Part shown: positions 8,734 through 16,172 of the stretch, piece by piece
Layout of the letters: the number at the start of each line of letters is the position of its first letter
Position numbering within the stretch: the stretch's first letter is position 1
Assembly: GCA_020832925.1 (NCBI GenBank)
Contig: JAJHRF010000002.1
Location: 7,425-31,424, forward strand
Length of the DNA stretch: 24,000 bases
Source: Desulfurococcaceae archaeon
GTDB lineage: Archaea > Thermoproteota > Thermoprotei_A > Sulfolobales > Ignisphaeraceae
Reading direction: 5' to 3'
The notes under the pieces: generated by a model
Told to the model about the DNA's origin: nothing
Databases searched by the model: none
What the model saw: only the letters and a program-made list of their open reading frames with translations
Position numbers and translations under genes: made by a program

Positions 8734-9759
8734 GTGAAGAAGATATATAGATTGCAAGGTATTGGAGGGTCTATATATGTTGCTCTACCTAGGGAGTGGT
8801 TGAGGAGGTACGGTCTCGATAAAGGTTCTGCTGTAGAAGTTTCTATAGATATCGATGGATCTCTGAAGATAATTCCGCTGGAGAAGGGTGTGAAGGAAGA
8901 GGTTGGGGGTCTTAGGCGTGGGAACGAGATAGAGGTTTTCGTCGAGAAACCTGAAGAGGTATACACATCTCTTCTCTCTGCATATCTAAGAGGATTCGAT
9001 GTTATAACCCTTAGGTTATCTAGCACTTCTATTGAGAGAGAGGTTAAGAATGTGATAGATTCAACTAAAGATCTTCTTCTAGGTCTAGAGATAGTCGATA
9101 TAGGTACTAACTATATAGTGTTAAAAGTTCTAGCTTCTGAAGATACTGAACTAGATTCTCTTACTAAGAATTTGCGTAAGATGGTCAGGTCTATGTATAT
9201 AGATTCTCTCATATCTCTAGAAGCTAGAGATATTGAGCTTGCTAAAGCTGTTATCTTAAGAGATCGTGATGTAAATAGACTCTACTTCTATATAACGAGG
9301 GTTATAAGGAAGAAGATACATACACAAATACTAGAACCAAAAACATTACTCAAACTCGTAGACTCCAGAATGCTTATAAAATTCGTTGAAGAGATAGGTG
9401 ATGAAGCTAAAAACGCAGCTATAGCATCTATAGAGATAATCTCGAGGAAACTCGAACCCGACCCTAACTACGTAGAGATTGTGAAGAAGTATGTCAACGA
9501 TATCGACGATATCTACAGAAACATAGTTATGAAAGCGCACGAGAAGTCAATAGATATAGCAGAACTAAGACACTCCATGAAGATATGTTTAACTACTAGA
9601 GATTCTCTTAAACATATGAGGATAAGAATAGCAGAAGAACGCTCTGCTTCATACTGGTTCACAGAATTCGTAAAATCTTACGAAAACATAGCTATGAATG
9701 TATACGATATACTAAGCCTATTACCATTTGAACTAACTTCATCTATGATCTACGAATAG
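8734..9759 (+). CDS. AbrB/SpoVT-domain + PhoU-domain regulator (archaeal 'phosphate uptake regulator'-type fusion)
   Basis: 341 aa with a GTG start. SD-like GGAGGTGA at 8720-8727 lies 6 nt upstream. The N-terminus YRLQGIGGSIYVALPREWLRRYGLDKGSAVEVSIDIDGSLKIIP is a swapped-hairpin AbrB/MazE-type DNA-binding domain. The remainder shows PhoU-like helical repeats (RDRDVNRLYFYITR..., VEEIGDEAKN...). Confidence 0.8.
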   Translation: MKKIYRLQGIGGSIYVALPREWLRRYGLDKGSAVEVSIDIDGSLKIIPLEKGVKEEVGGLRRGNEIEVFVEKPEEVYTSLLSAYLRGFDVITLRLSSTSIEREVKNVIDSTKDLLLGLEIVDIGTNYIVLKVLASEDTELDSLTKNLRKMVRSMYIDSLISLEARDIELAKAVILRDRDVNRLYFYITRVIRKKIHTQILEPKTLLKLVDSRMLIKFVEEIGDEAKNAAIASIEIISRKLEPDPNYVEIVKKYVNDIDDIYRNIVMKAHEKSIDIAELRHSMKICLTTRDSLKHMRIRIAEERSASYWFTEFVKSYENIAMNVYDILSLLPFELTSSMIYE

Positions 9760-10075
9760 AATAAACTTTGTACAAAAAATTCATTGATATTGATACAGAG
9801 TTAAAGCTATTTCTCTACAAAGAACTCTTCAACATAAACGCATCTTAAATTGAACTAGTTGTAGAAAGCATCATATGTACTGGTTACAATTACTAGCTTT
9901 AAAAGTTTCTGTAATTGAATGTGAAACCTAATTAGGTAAAGAGATAAAGAATAATTGTATGAAGAATAATTAGATATTTAGACTGTATATAGATCGTTAG
10001 ATCTAATCAATAAACCTGGTAAAGTTTTAAGGATAGTTTTATGCATTATTAGCTTAATTAAGATAGCGATAACTG

Positions 10076-10150
10076 TTACAACCGAAAGCCTCGCTTTTTA
10101 AGGCGGGGATGGAGAGAAAAATTTGTAAGGTGGTTTTCTTTACTAGTTGG
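10076..10150 (+). repeat. Copy B of the conserved hairpin element; possible IS200/IS605-like left end or 5' leader of the zinc-ribbon ORF
   Basis: TTACAACCGAAAG, then stem CCTCGCTT (10089-10096), TTTA loop, AGGCGGGG (10101-10108), then GGGGATGGAG. Homologous to 3644-3717, with compensatory stem changes. Confidence 0.5.
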
Positions 10151-10161
10151 TTGGTGGTCGG

Positions 10162-10284
10162 TTGGTAAAGCTTAAATGCCCTAAGTGTGGTTATGTCTGG
10201 GACTACAAGGGTAAGAAGCAGTACTATGCTACATGTCCAAATTGTTTCAGAAAGGTCAACATAGCTAAGTATAGGGTTGAGTAG
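10162..10284 (+). CDS. Small zinc-ribbon protein (CxxC-x15-CxxC), about 40 aa
   Basis: Manual translation gives (TTG)VKLKCPKCGYVWDYKGKKQYYATCPNCFRKVNIAKYRVE*. The frame is open from 10147, with possible TTG starts at 10147 or 10162. The two CxxC knuckles at zinc-ribbon spacing are unlikely by chance. It is below the length cutoff of the ORF track. Confidence 0.45.
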   Translation: MVKLKCPKCGYVWDYKGKKQYYATCPNCFRKVNIAKYRVE

Positions 10285-10286
10285 GT

Positions 10287-10432
10287 ATGGCTCTGAGCTG
10301 TGAGAGTTTGCTAACCTTAACCATTAAGATGAGGGTTAGCCCTGAGCCGGTTCAGAGCTAGAGCTGATAAGCTTGTTGAAGAGGTATAGGGAGGCTGTTA
10401 CAGATTTGAAGTGTTTTGTAAATAGCTATTAA
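10287..10432 (+). pseudogene. Possible frameshifted, truncated N-terminal remnant of an IS200/IS605-family TnpB/OrfB gene
   Basis: ATG 10287 gives MALSCESLLTLTIKMRVSPEPVQS* (stop at 10359-10361). The +2 frame continues GSELELISLLKRYREAVTDLKCFVNSY* (stop at 10430-10432). The beta-strand-Pxx-helix pattern 'tltiKmrv.P...L..Ll..YreAv' resembles TnpB N-termini. Only about 50 of the ~400 expected residues are present. This is pattern recognition only; no search was run. Confidence 0.3.
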
Positions 10433-10607
10433 TGATTATTCTCTACACCTTTTCGTTACTCTGAAATCAGCATAAAGAAAAGATTGCTAGAATTAGCTAA
10501 GATTCATTCTTAAAACATCTAGAAAATTCTTAATACCTAGATATACTTTAGCTTTAGTAACGTAATAGAGTTGAGTATAGCGGTATTTATACACAGAGAA
10601 ATTTTCT

Positions 10608-11393
10608 TTACTCTATTGTTTTCGGATAGATTTGATATACATTACCTAAAGGCTTCATAGTGTAGGAACTTCTTATAACTACTTTTCTTAAGTATTTCTC
10701 AGCTCTAATCTTCGCTTCTACAAGTTCTTCTAATGTAGGTTTTCTCCATGGGGTTGAAGGAATAGGTACGTACTCATCTATAATTAGTGGTATATCGTTA
10801 CCTAGTCTAGATGCTATGTATTTCGCTATTAGCTCTACATCGTCTATATCGTTGAATCCTGGGATTAGTATAGTCTCTATAACTAAATCTATATTGTTAC
10901 TGTAGACCAGCTCTAGGTTTCTAAGTACTACCTGAAGATCTTCACATCTTCTCCCTGTGTATATAGAGAATTTCTCTGGATGTATACTCTTTATACTTAA
11001 CTCTATCACTAAGTTGTTCCTAGGTATACACCCTATCACTCTATCCATTAGAAAACCGTTTGTTAACACAACTATCTCGAGACCATAGCTATACAAACTA
11101 TCGATAATTCTACAAAGCGTAGGGTCTACAGTAGGTTCTCCACCACCGAGTACAGCTTTCTTTAAACCTTTCTCAACATAAACTTTCTCGATAATCTCTA
11201 CAAACTCTTCTAAACTTAATGTATTAAATCTCTGTACCTCGAAACCCCCTACATCGCTATCTTTGTAGATGTGGTGATCCCACAAATACCTCTTCCTTAT
11301 ACATCCAAGACATCCGAAGTTACATCTAGCGAACTGTATGTATAACGACTTGTCGTAATCGTAGTAAGTTATATGGTATACCAAGGTCTTCAC
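10608..11393 (-). CDS. Radical SAM enzyme, PflA/activase-like (COG1180-type), last gene of the ABC importer operon
   Basis: 261 aa. CNFGCLGC is the CxxxCxxC motif near the N-terminus. GGGEPTVDP is the SAM-binding GGE motif. Starts 2 nt after the upstream ATPase gene ends, on the same strand. Confidence 0.8.
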   Translation of the reverse strand: MKTLVYHITYYDYDKSLYIQFARCNFGCLGCIRKRYLWDHHIYKDSDVGGFEVQRFNTLSLEEFVEIIEKVYVEKGLKKAVLGGGEPTVDPTLCRIIDSLYSYGLEIVVLTNGFLMDRVIGCIPRNNLVIELSIKSIHPEKFSIYTGRRCEDLQVVLRNLELVYSNNIDLVIETILIPGFNDIDDVELIAKYIASRLGNDIPLIIDEYVPIPSTPWRKPTLEELVEAKIRAEKYLRKVVIRSSYTMKPLGNVYQIYPKTIE

Positions 11394-11395
11394 AA

Positions 11396-12187
11396 TTATG
11401 ACCCTATCTTTTCTAGAGGTTCTATAGGTATAATTATCTTCTTCCCGTTTAGGTTTGTTATAGCTATCCTAACTTTGTATACTTTTTCGAGAAGCTCACA
11501 GTTGAATACTTTGTCAGGGGTTCCTATAGCTATGATCTCTCCATTCTCTAGAACAATTGCTTTGTCTGCGTATAGAGATGCTAGATATAGATCGTGAATA
11601 GCTATAACCGATATTAACTTGTTCTGCTGAGTAATCCTCTTCACGTATTCGAGTACCTCTAGTCTATACCTTAGATCTAGGAATGCAGAAGGTTCGTCGA
11701 GTAGTAGTACTTTGGGGTTCTGTATAAGTGCTCTAGCTATAACAATTCTCTGAAATTCACCACTACTAACCTGATCCAATCTTCTGTCTAGTAGATGTTC
11801 TATGTTTAACTGTCGAGATATTTTCTCTATAATTTCAAGATCTCGACGAGAAATTTTGAAGTTTAGTAGAGGTTGGTGAGGATATCTAGCTGTTATAAGG
11901 AATTCTAGAACTGTTGAAGGTATAGATCTAGATATCTGCGGATCTACATAAACTATAATTTTGCTGAGATCTCGAGGATTGTATATAGAGATAGTTTTCC
12001 CATCTATATAGACAGCTCCTATCCTCGGTTTTATAATAGATGCTATTGTTTTTAGAAGTGTTGATTTACCTGCGCCGTTAGGACCTATAATAAATGTTAC
12101 CTCACCTTCTCCTAGACTAAAGGACACATTTTTCAATGCTTGTATAGAGTTATACCAAACCTCAACCCCTTCGACAACGATCTTCAT
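11396..12187 (-). CDS. ABC ATPase of iron-siderophore/heme/cobalamin-type importer (FepC/BtuD/HmuV-like)
   Basis: 263 aa. Walker A GPNGAGKST, signature VSSGEFQR, Walker B LLLDEPSAFLD, H-loop IAIHDL. 4-nt overlap with the permease gene. Confidence 0.9.
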   Translation of the reverse strand: MKIVVEGVEVWYNSIQALKNVSFSLGEGEVTFIIGPNGAGKSTLLKTIASIIKPRIGAVYIDGKTISIYNPRDLSKIIVYVDPQISRSIPSTVLEFLITARYPHQPLLNFKISRRDLEIIEKISRQLNIEHLLDRRLDQVSSGEFQRIVIARALIQNPKVLLLDEPSAFLDLRYRLEVLEYVKRITQQNKLISVIAIHDLYLASLYADKAIVLENGEIIAIGTPDKVFNCELLEKVYKVRIAITNLNGKKIIIPIEPLEKIGS

Positions 12188-13215
12188 TCTCTCACCCTTC
12201 TTATGATAAGATATGCTAGGAAAGGAGCTCCTATAACAGCAGTTACAACACCTAGTGGGAGCTCACCTATACCTCCTGCATACATACTTATCAATTTAAC
12301 TACAATATCTGCAACAAGTGTAAGTAGAGCTCCTACTAGAACTGTTATCGGTATTGAGAATCTGTGGTCTGAACCTACGAGAAATCTAGCTATGTGAGGA
12401 GCTGCAAGCCCTATAAACCCGATAATCCCTACAAATGCTATTGTTGTAGCTGTTGAGAAAGCTGCTATGAATGCAGATAAATCTCTTATAAGTATAGGAT
12501 TGAAGCCTAGTTGTTTAGCGTATTCATCTCCGTAGAGATAGCTATTCAAAGGTTTGAATAAAGCTATAGTGATGATTGTTAAAACTATTGTTGGGATAGT
12601 GAGGAACGGGATATCTTTCTGTAGAACAGTAGAAGCACTACCCATTAAGAAGTATACATAAGGTGTTCTAATAATCTGCTGAACTATATATAGAAGAATA
12701 TGCGAAATACCGGAGAATAGAGATGCGATAGCTATACCTGCTAAAACCATAGCTAAACTACTACCACCACCTAACTTAGATAACGAAAGAGTAAGTATAT
12801 AGCCAGTTATAGCGCCTAGAAAAGCAACTACGATTAAGTACTGTCTGTAGACCATGAGTGAAGGTGCTAAGATAATCCCTATAGCAACAGCCGTTAAAGC
12901 AGTTGAAGATAAACCAAATATATATGGATCTGCAAGAGGATTCCTAGTTATAGTCTGCATCAAAAGACCTGCTAAAGCAAGAGAAGCTCCAGATAGAAGA
13001 GCTGCAAAAGCTCTTGATAACCTAAGCGATATAATAACCCTGATATTGGTTTCCACAGGGTAGCCAAAAAATATAGCGTTGAAGACCTTAACAGGATCAA
13101 GCATTGCAGGACCTATGGAAATAGATATAACAAATATCACGATAACTAGTAGTGAAAGAGAGTATAGAGATATTAAAAAATGTTTTACTTTTCTTCTATA
13201 TAGTGGTGTAGCCAT
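12184..13215 (-). CDS. FecCD/BtuC-family ABC permease
   Basis: 343 aa with about 9-10 TM helices. Typical FecCD blocks: RLSRAFAALLSGASLALAGLLMQTITRNPLADPYIFGLSS and GELPLGVVTAVIGAPFLAYLI. Confidence 0.9.
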   Translation of the reverse strand: MATPLYRRKVKHFLISLYSLSLLVIVIFVISISIGPAMLDPVKVFNAIFFGYPVETNIRVIISLRLSRAFAALLSGASLALAGLLMQTITRNPLADPYIFGLSSTALTAVAIGIILAPSLMVYRQYLIVVAFLGAITGYILTLSLSKLGGGSSLAMVLAGIAIASLFSGISHILLYIVQQIIRTPYVYFLMGSASTVLQKDIPFLTIPTIVLTIITIALFKPLNSYLYGDEYAKQLGFNPILIRDLSAFIAAFSTATTIAFVGIIGFIGLAAPHIARFLVGSDHRFSIPITVLVGALLTLVADIVVKLISMYAGGIGELPLGVVTAVIGAPFLAYLIIRRVRE

Positions 13216-13217
13216 TG

Positions 13218-14486
13218 CTATACCTCAGCAACAGCTGTAGCTACTACACCTAGTATCTGTACCACGGATTGAGATACACTGATATCCATTTTTACAACAT
13301 CCTCTCTTTTAATTTCTCCGAATATCTCAGGATGTATGATCTGAGCTAGTATTGCAAGTGCATCTGCAATTCTAGGCCCTGGTCTAGACAGCATATCATC
13401 AGCTTCACCTATTAATACATATACTCTTCCATTTCTCCATGCTGTAGTATTAACTAAAGGTGTTCCCGATATCTCATCGATTACAGTCTTAGGTTCTACA
13501 TCCATAACTGTTACTATTATAATCTCTGGATCTTGAGATAGTATGTATTCGTAGTTTAGCTGTGGCCATCCACTATAACGAGAAGCTATATTTACACCTC
13601 CAGCCGCTGTTATGAGCCATCCTATAAAGGTATCTCCACCAGCGCTCCAAAGACCCCATGAAGGTGGTCCCACTAATTGTAGAACCCTAGGTTTCTTCGT
13701 TACATTAACAAGTTTAGCAGTTAAACTATCTATTCTTTGCTGAATACTCCTTACCACTTCATCAGCTCTCTGTTCAATGCCAAAGATTTCCCCTAATATT
13801 CTTAGATCCATGTATATATCATACTGATTTCTAGAGGTATCACATATAAGGTAAAACACCTTTACACCTGCTTCTATAAGCTTAGGTCCAACACTAACTT
13901 CATGAGGTCTAGCACCTCTACATAGTAATACAAGATCCGGGTTCAACGATAATATCTTCTCTATGTCCGGAGTATAGTAACCTCCTATAATAGCTATCCT
14001 ACCCTCGTTCACAAGCTTCAACACCTCTGGAGGCCAATTAGAATACTTATCAACACCTACAACCTTATCGCCTAGACCTAGAACAAAGAGCATCTCTGTT
14101 ATGCTTGGTGCAACTGAAACAACTCTTTTCGGAGGTTCATCGAACTTCACTTCTCTTCCAAGAGCATCTACAACAACTCTTGGCCATTCCTTGACAACAG
14201 TTTGCTGAATAACCTCTGTAACTATTTTTGTAACTACAGCTGTTTCCCTAATCGTTGTATATGTCGTAATAGGTGTCGTAATAGGTAATGTTATAGGAGT
14301 TGTAACAATCTCTCTAGCAGTTGTCAGCAATGTGATAGTTTCTCTAGTGGTAAAAATTTCTCTAGTTGTAACAGTCGCTGTAATTGTTATCGAAGTTGGA
14401 GGGTATATAGTAGGCGATGCTGTAAACCCTATTGCAAGCCCTACTACTAGCGCCAACACTATACCGATAATTAAGCGCTTATCCAT
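13218..14486 (-). CDS. Class III (BtuF/FhuD/HmuT-like) periplasmic-type binding protein with N-terminal membrane anchor and Thr-rich linker
   Basis: 422 aa. N-terminal TM segment LIIGIVLALVVGLAIGF, then a ~75-aa Thr-rich linker, then a PBP block RVVSVAPSITEMLFVLGLGDKVVGV...PDLVL typical of the iron-complex/B12 binding family. Confidence 0.85.
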   Translation of the reverse strand: MDKRLIIGIVLALVVGLAIGFTASPTIYPPTSITITATVTTREIFTTRETITLLTTAREIVTTPITLPITTPITTYTTIRETAVVTKIVTEVIQQTVVKEWPRVVVDALGREVKFDEPPKRVVSVAPSITEMLFVLGLGDKVVGVDKYSNWPPEVLKLVNEGRIAIIGGYYTPDIEKILSLNPDLVLLCRGARPHEVSVGPKLIEAGVKVFYLICDTSRNQYDIYMDLRILGEIFGIEQRADEVVRSIQQRIDSLTAKLVNVTKKPRVLQLVGPPSWGLWSAGGDTFIGWLITAAGGVNIASRYSGWPQLNYEYILSQDPEIIIVTVMDVEPKTVIDEISGTPLVNTTAWRNGRVYVLIGEADDMLSRPGPRIADALAILAQIIHPEIFGEIKREDVVKMDISVSQSVVQILGVVATAVAEV

Positions 14487-14975
14487 ATGGCTACCCTAGC
14501 CACATATCGAATTATTGGGTTTAAAAAGTTAACCTATTTACCTGGAACACCGCATGTATACATAGTTATCTATGTTTAGACAAATGTATCAATAGAGTAA
14601 TGCTTTATGAAATAATCAAGAATATAAATATTTCAGTTGAAGAGTCCTCAATCAGTTACACTAAATTCGGGATTCAGCGATAATTTCATGGTGTCTAAGC
14701 TGCTACAGAGCTTTGATGTGAAATATGGAAATTTCTTTTGTATTAAATCGAAGATTAAGAAAATACTTTAACCATAATAACCTTTTGCTGATATACATAG
14801 TTATGCAATTTCCATTCCTGTTTATATAATATTCATTATGATGGAGTCAAATACCTTTTCTTTGAAATGACTATAAACTCTATATAGATTATAGAGTTAT
14901 ATAGCGATATATTTATAGATATACTATCAGTTATTTCTACACACTATGTAGTTATCTATAATATATTATTGAGAA

Positions 14976-14985
14976 TTTTTATATA
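14976..14985 (+). promoter_or_regulatory. Candidate archaeal TATA box for the pst operon
   Basis: TTTTTATATA sits about 35-45 nt upstream of ATG 15020 and about 15-25 nt upstream of ATG 14999. The spacing fits a short-leader transcript starting shortly before 15020. AT-rich background makes this weak. Confidence 0.3.
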
Positions 14986-15019
14986 GTCTTTCCACAATAT
15001 GTGGAATTCGGGTGTATCT

Positions 15020-16150
15020 ATGAAGAAATCTATAACTGTATTAGTTATAGCTATTGTAGTAATTAGCGTAGTTGTAGGATATTATGTGTTGCAGAAATCA
15101 GGAGAGAGTAGAACCTCAACTACAACGATAGCTACATCAACTACTAGTATCCGTTTAGAAGGTGTTATCCTGCAGGGTGCAGGTGCAACTTTTGTTTATC
15201 CACAGATTGCTGAATGGTCTAGAAGATTCCTGGATAGGTATGGTGTTCAGATCAACTATCAATCGGTTGGAAGTGGAGCTGGACAATCTTCGTTCTTCCA
15301 GAGAGTAGTTGATTTTGGTTGTAGTGATCCACCATTATCAAGAGATACGTGGTTGAAATACAATGGATCTGTACTGCAAATACCATGGCTTTTCGGTCCT
15401 GTTGTTATTGTCTATAATATTCCAGAGCTTCCACGTGGAGCTATTCTGAAACTAGATGCTGTTGCTATTGCTAAGATTTATAGAGGGGAGATAGTTTACT
15501 GGGATGATGATTATATAAAGAGTTTAAATCCCGATATAGCTCATCTTCTACCGCATAGAGAAATAATAGCTGTTTATAGATCGGATTCAAGTGGAACAAC
15601 AGAGATATTCACAACGTTTCTCTACAAAGCTTCTGAAGGTATATGGACAAAAGATCTTGTTGGGAAAACCGTTAAATGGCCTGTTGAAGCTGCTGGAAGA
15701 GGTGTTGGGGGAAAGGGTAACGAAGGTGTTACCCTTACAGTTATGCAGAACCCGTATAGCATAGGCTATGTAGAGTGGAGCTACGCTATAAAGAACAACC
15801 TTAGCATAGCTGCTGTAAGGAATATTGAAGGTAGATTCGTTTTACCATCAAGAGAAACAGTTGAAGAAGCGATAAAATATGCTGAAATACCTAGATCACC
15901 TCTAGACGATTTTAGCCAAATACTAGATAAAGTCCTCTACACTCCCGGAGCTAATAGTTACCCAATAGTTGGGCCAACACATATAATTCTCTGGAGAAGA
16001 TACGATGATCCGAAGAAAGTAGAAGCTCTGAAACTATTCCTTAGATGGGTAGCTGAAGAAGGTTATAACTATGTAGTTGAAGGTTATGTAGCACCTCCGC
16101 AGAATGTAAAAGAATTGCTGATTAAAGCATCAGAACTTTTATCCACGTAG
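15020..16150 (+). CDS. pstS: Phosphate ABC transporter substrate-binding protein PstS (membrane-anchored, Thr/Ser-rich linker)
   Basis: GAGATFVYPQIAEWSRRF...INYQSVGSGAGQ and SDSSGTTEIFT are canonical PstS phosphate-binding motifs. I prefer the ATG at 15020 (MKKSITVLVIAIVV... signal/anchor). The ORF track start at 14999 would add 7 aa. Confidence 0.9.
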   Translation: MKKSITVLVIAIVVISVVVGYYVLQKSGESRTSTTTIATSTTSIRLEGVILQGAGATFVYPQIAEWSRRFLDRYGVQINYQSVGSGAGQSSFFQRVVDFGCSDPPLSRDTWLKYNGSVLQIPWLFGPVVIVYNIPELPRGAILKLDAVAIAKIYRGEIVYWDDDYIKSLNPDIAHLLPHREIIAVYRSDSSGTTEIFTTFLYKASEGIWTKDLVGKTVKWPVEAAGRGVGGKGNEGVTLTVMQNPYSIGYVEWSYAIKNNLSIAAVRNIEGRFVLPSRETVEEAIKYAEIPRSPLDDFSQILDKVLYTPGANSYPIVGPTHIILWRRYDDPKKVEALKLFLRWVAEEGYNYVVEGYVAPPQNVKELLIKASELLST

Positions 16151-16172
16151 ATAATGGTTAAGTGAACAGGTT

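Noticed and set aside
3644-10114. The two TTACAACYGAAAGCCTC-containing copies read as direct-repeat att sites bounding a 6.4-kb integrated island.
   Set aside because: The enclosed genes are housekeeping (speH-like, birA, nitroreductase, ECF transporter, AbrB-PhoU). There is no integrase, no tRNA target and no compositional break. The copies also differ by compensatory stem changes, which indicates independent functional hairpins rather than a duplicated attachment site.
10109-10168. A 19-codon ORF (MERKICKVVFFTSWLVVGW) starting within the 3' flank of hairpin copy B.
   Set aside because: It overlaps the conserved non-coding element, and copy A has no corresponding ATG or open frame. The conservation is therefore better explained at the nucleotide or structure level.
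10288-10360. A tRNA or tRNA-like gene, suggested by the 7-bp GCTCTGA/TCAGAGC terminal stem and a GGTTCAGAG stretch.
   Set aside because: No D-arm or T-arm pairing can be drawn. There is no GTTCRANYC T-loop flanked by a 5-bp stem, and the internal stem/loop sizes do not fit a cloverleaf, with or without an intron.
14688-14771. A 27-codon ORF (MVSKLLQSFDVKYGNFFCIKSKIKKIL) in the long divergent spacer.
   Set aside because: No SD-like sequence or convincing promoter spacing, no recognisable motif, and ORFs of this size are expected by chance. It is mentioned only as something to check against ribosome profiling data.
14714-14791. Possible C/D box sRNA (TGATGTGA as a C-box-like motif, CTGA about 70 nt downstream).
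   Set aside because: The C box is imperfect and no C'/D' pair is evident. The spacing is too long for archaeal C/D sRNAs (about 50-60 nt). No terminal stem or k-turn context is visible. A similar check around ATGATGG at 14838 also found no D box.
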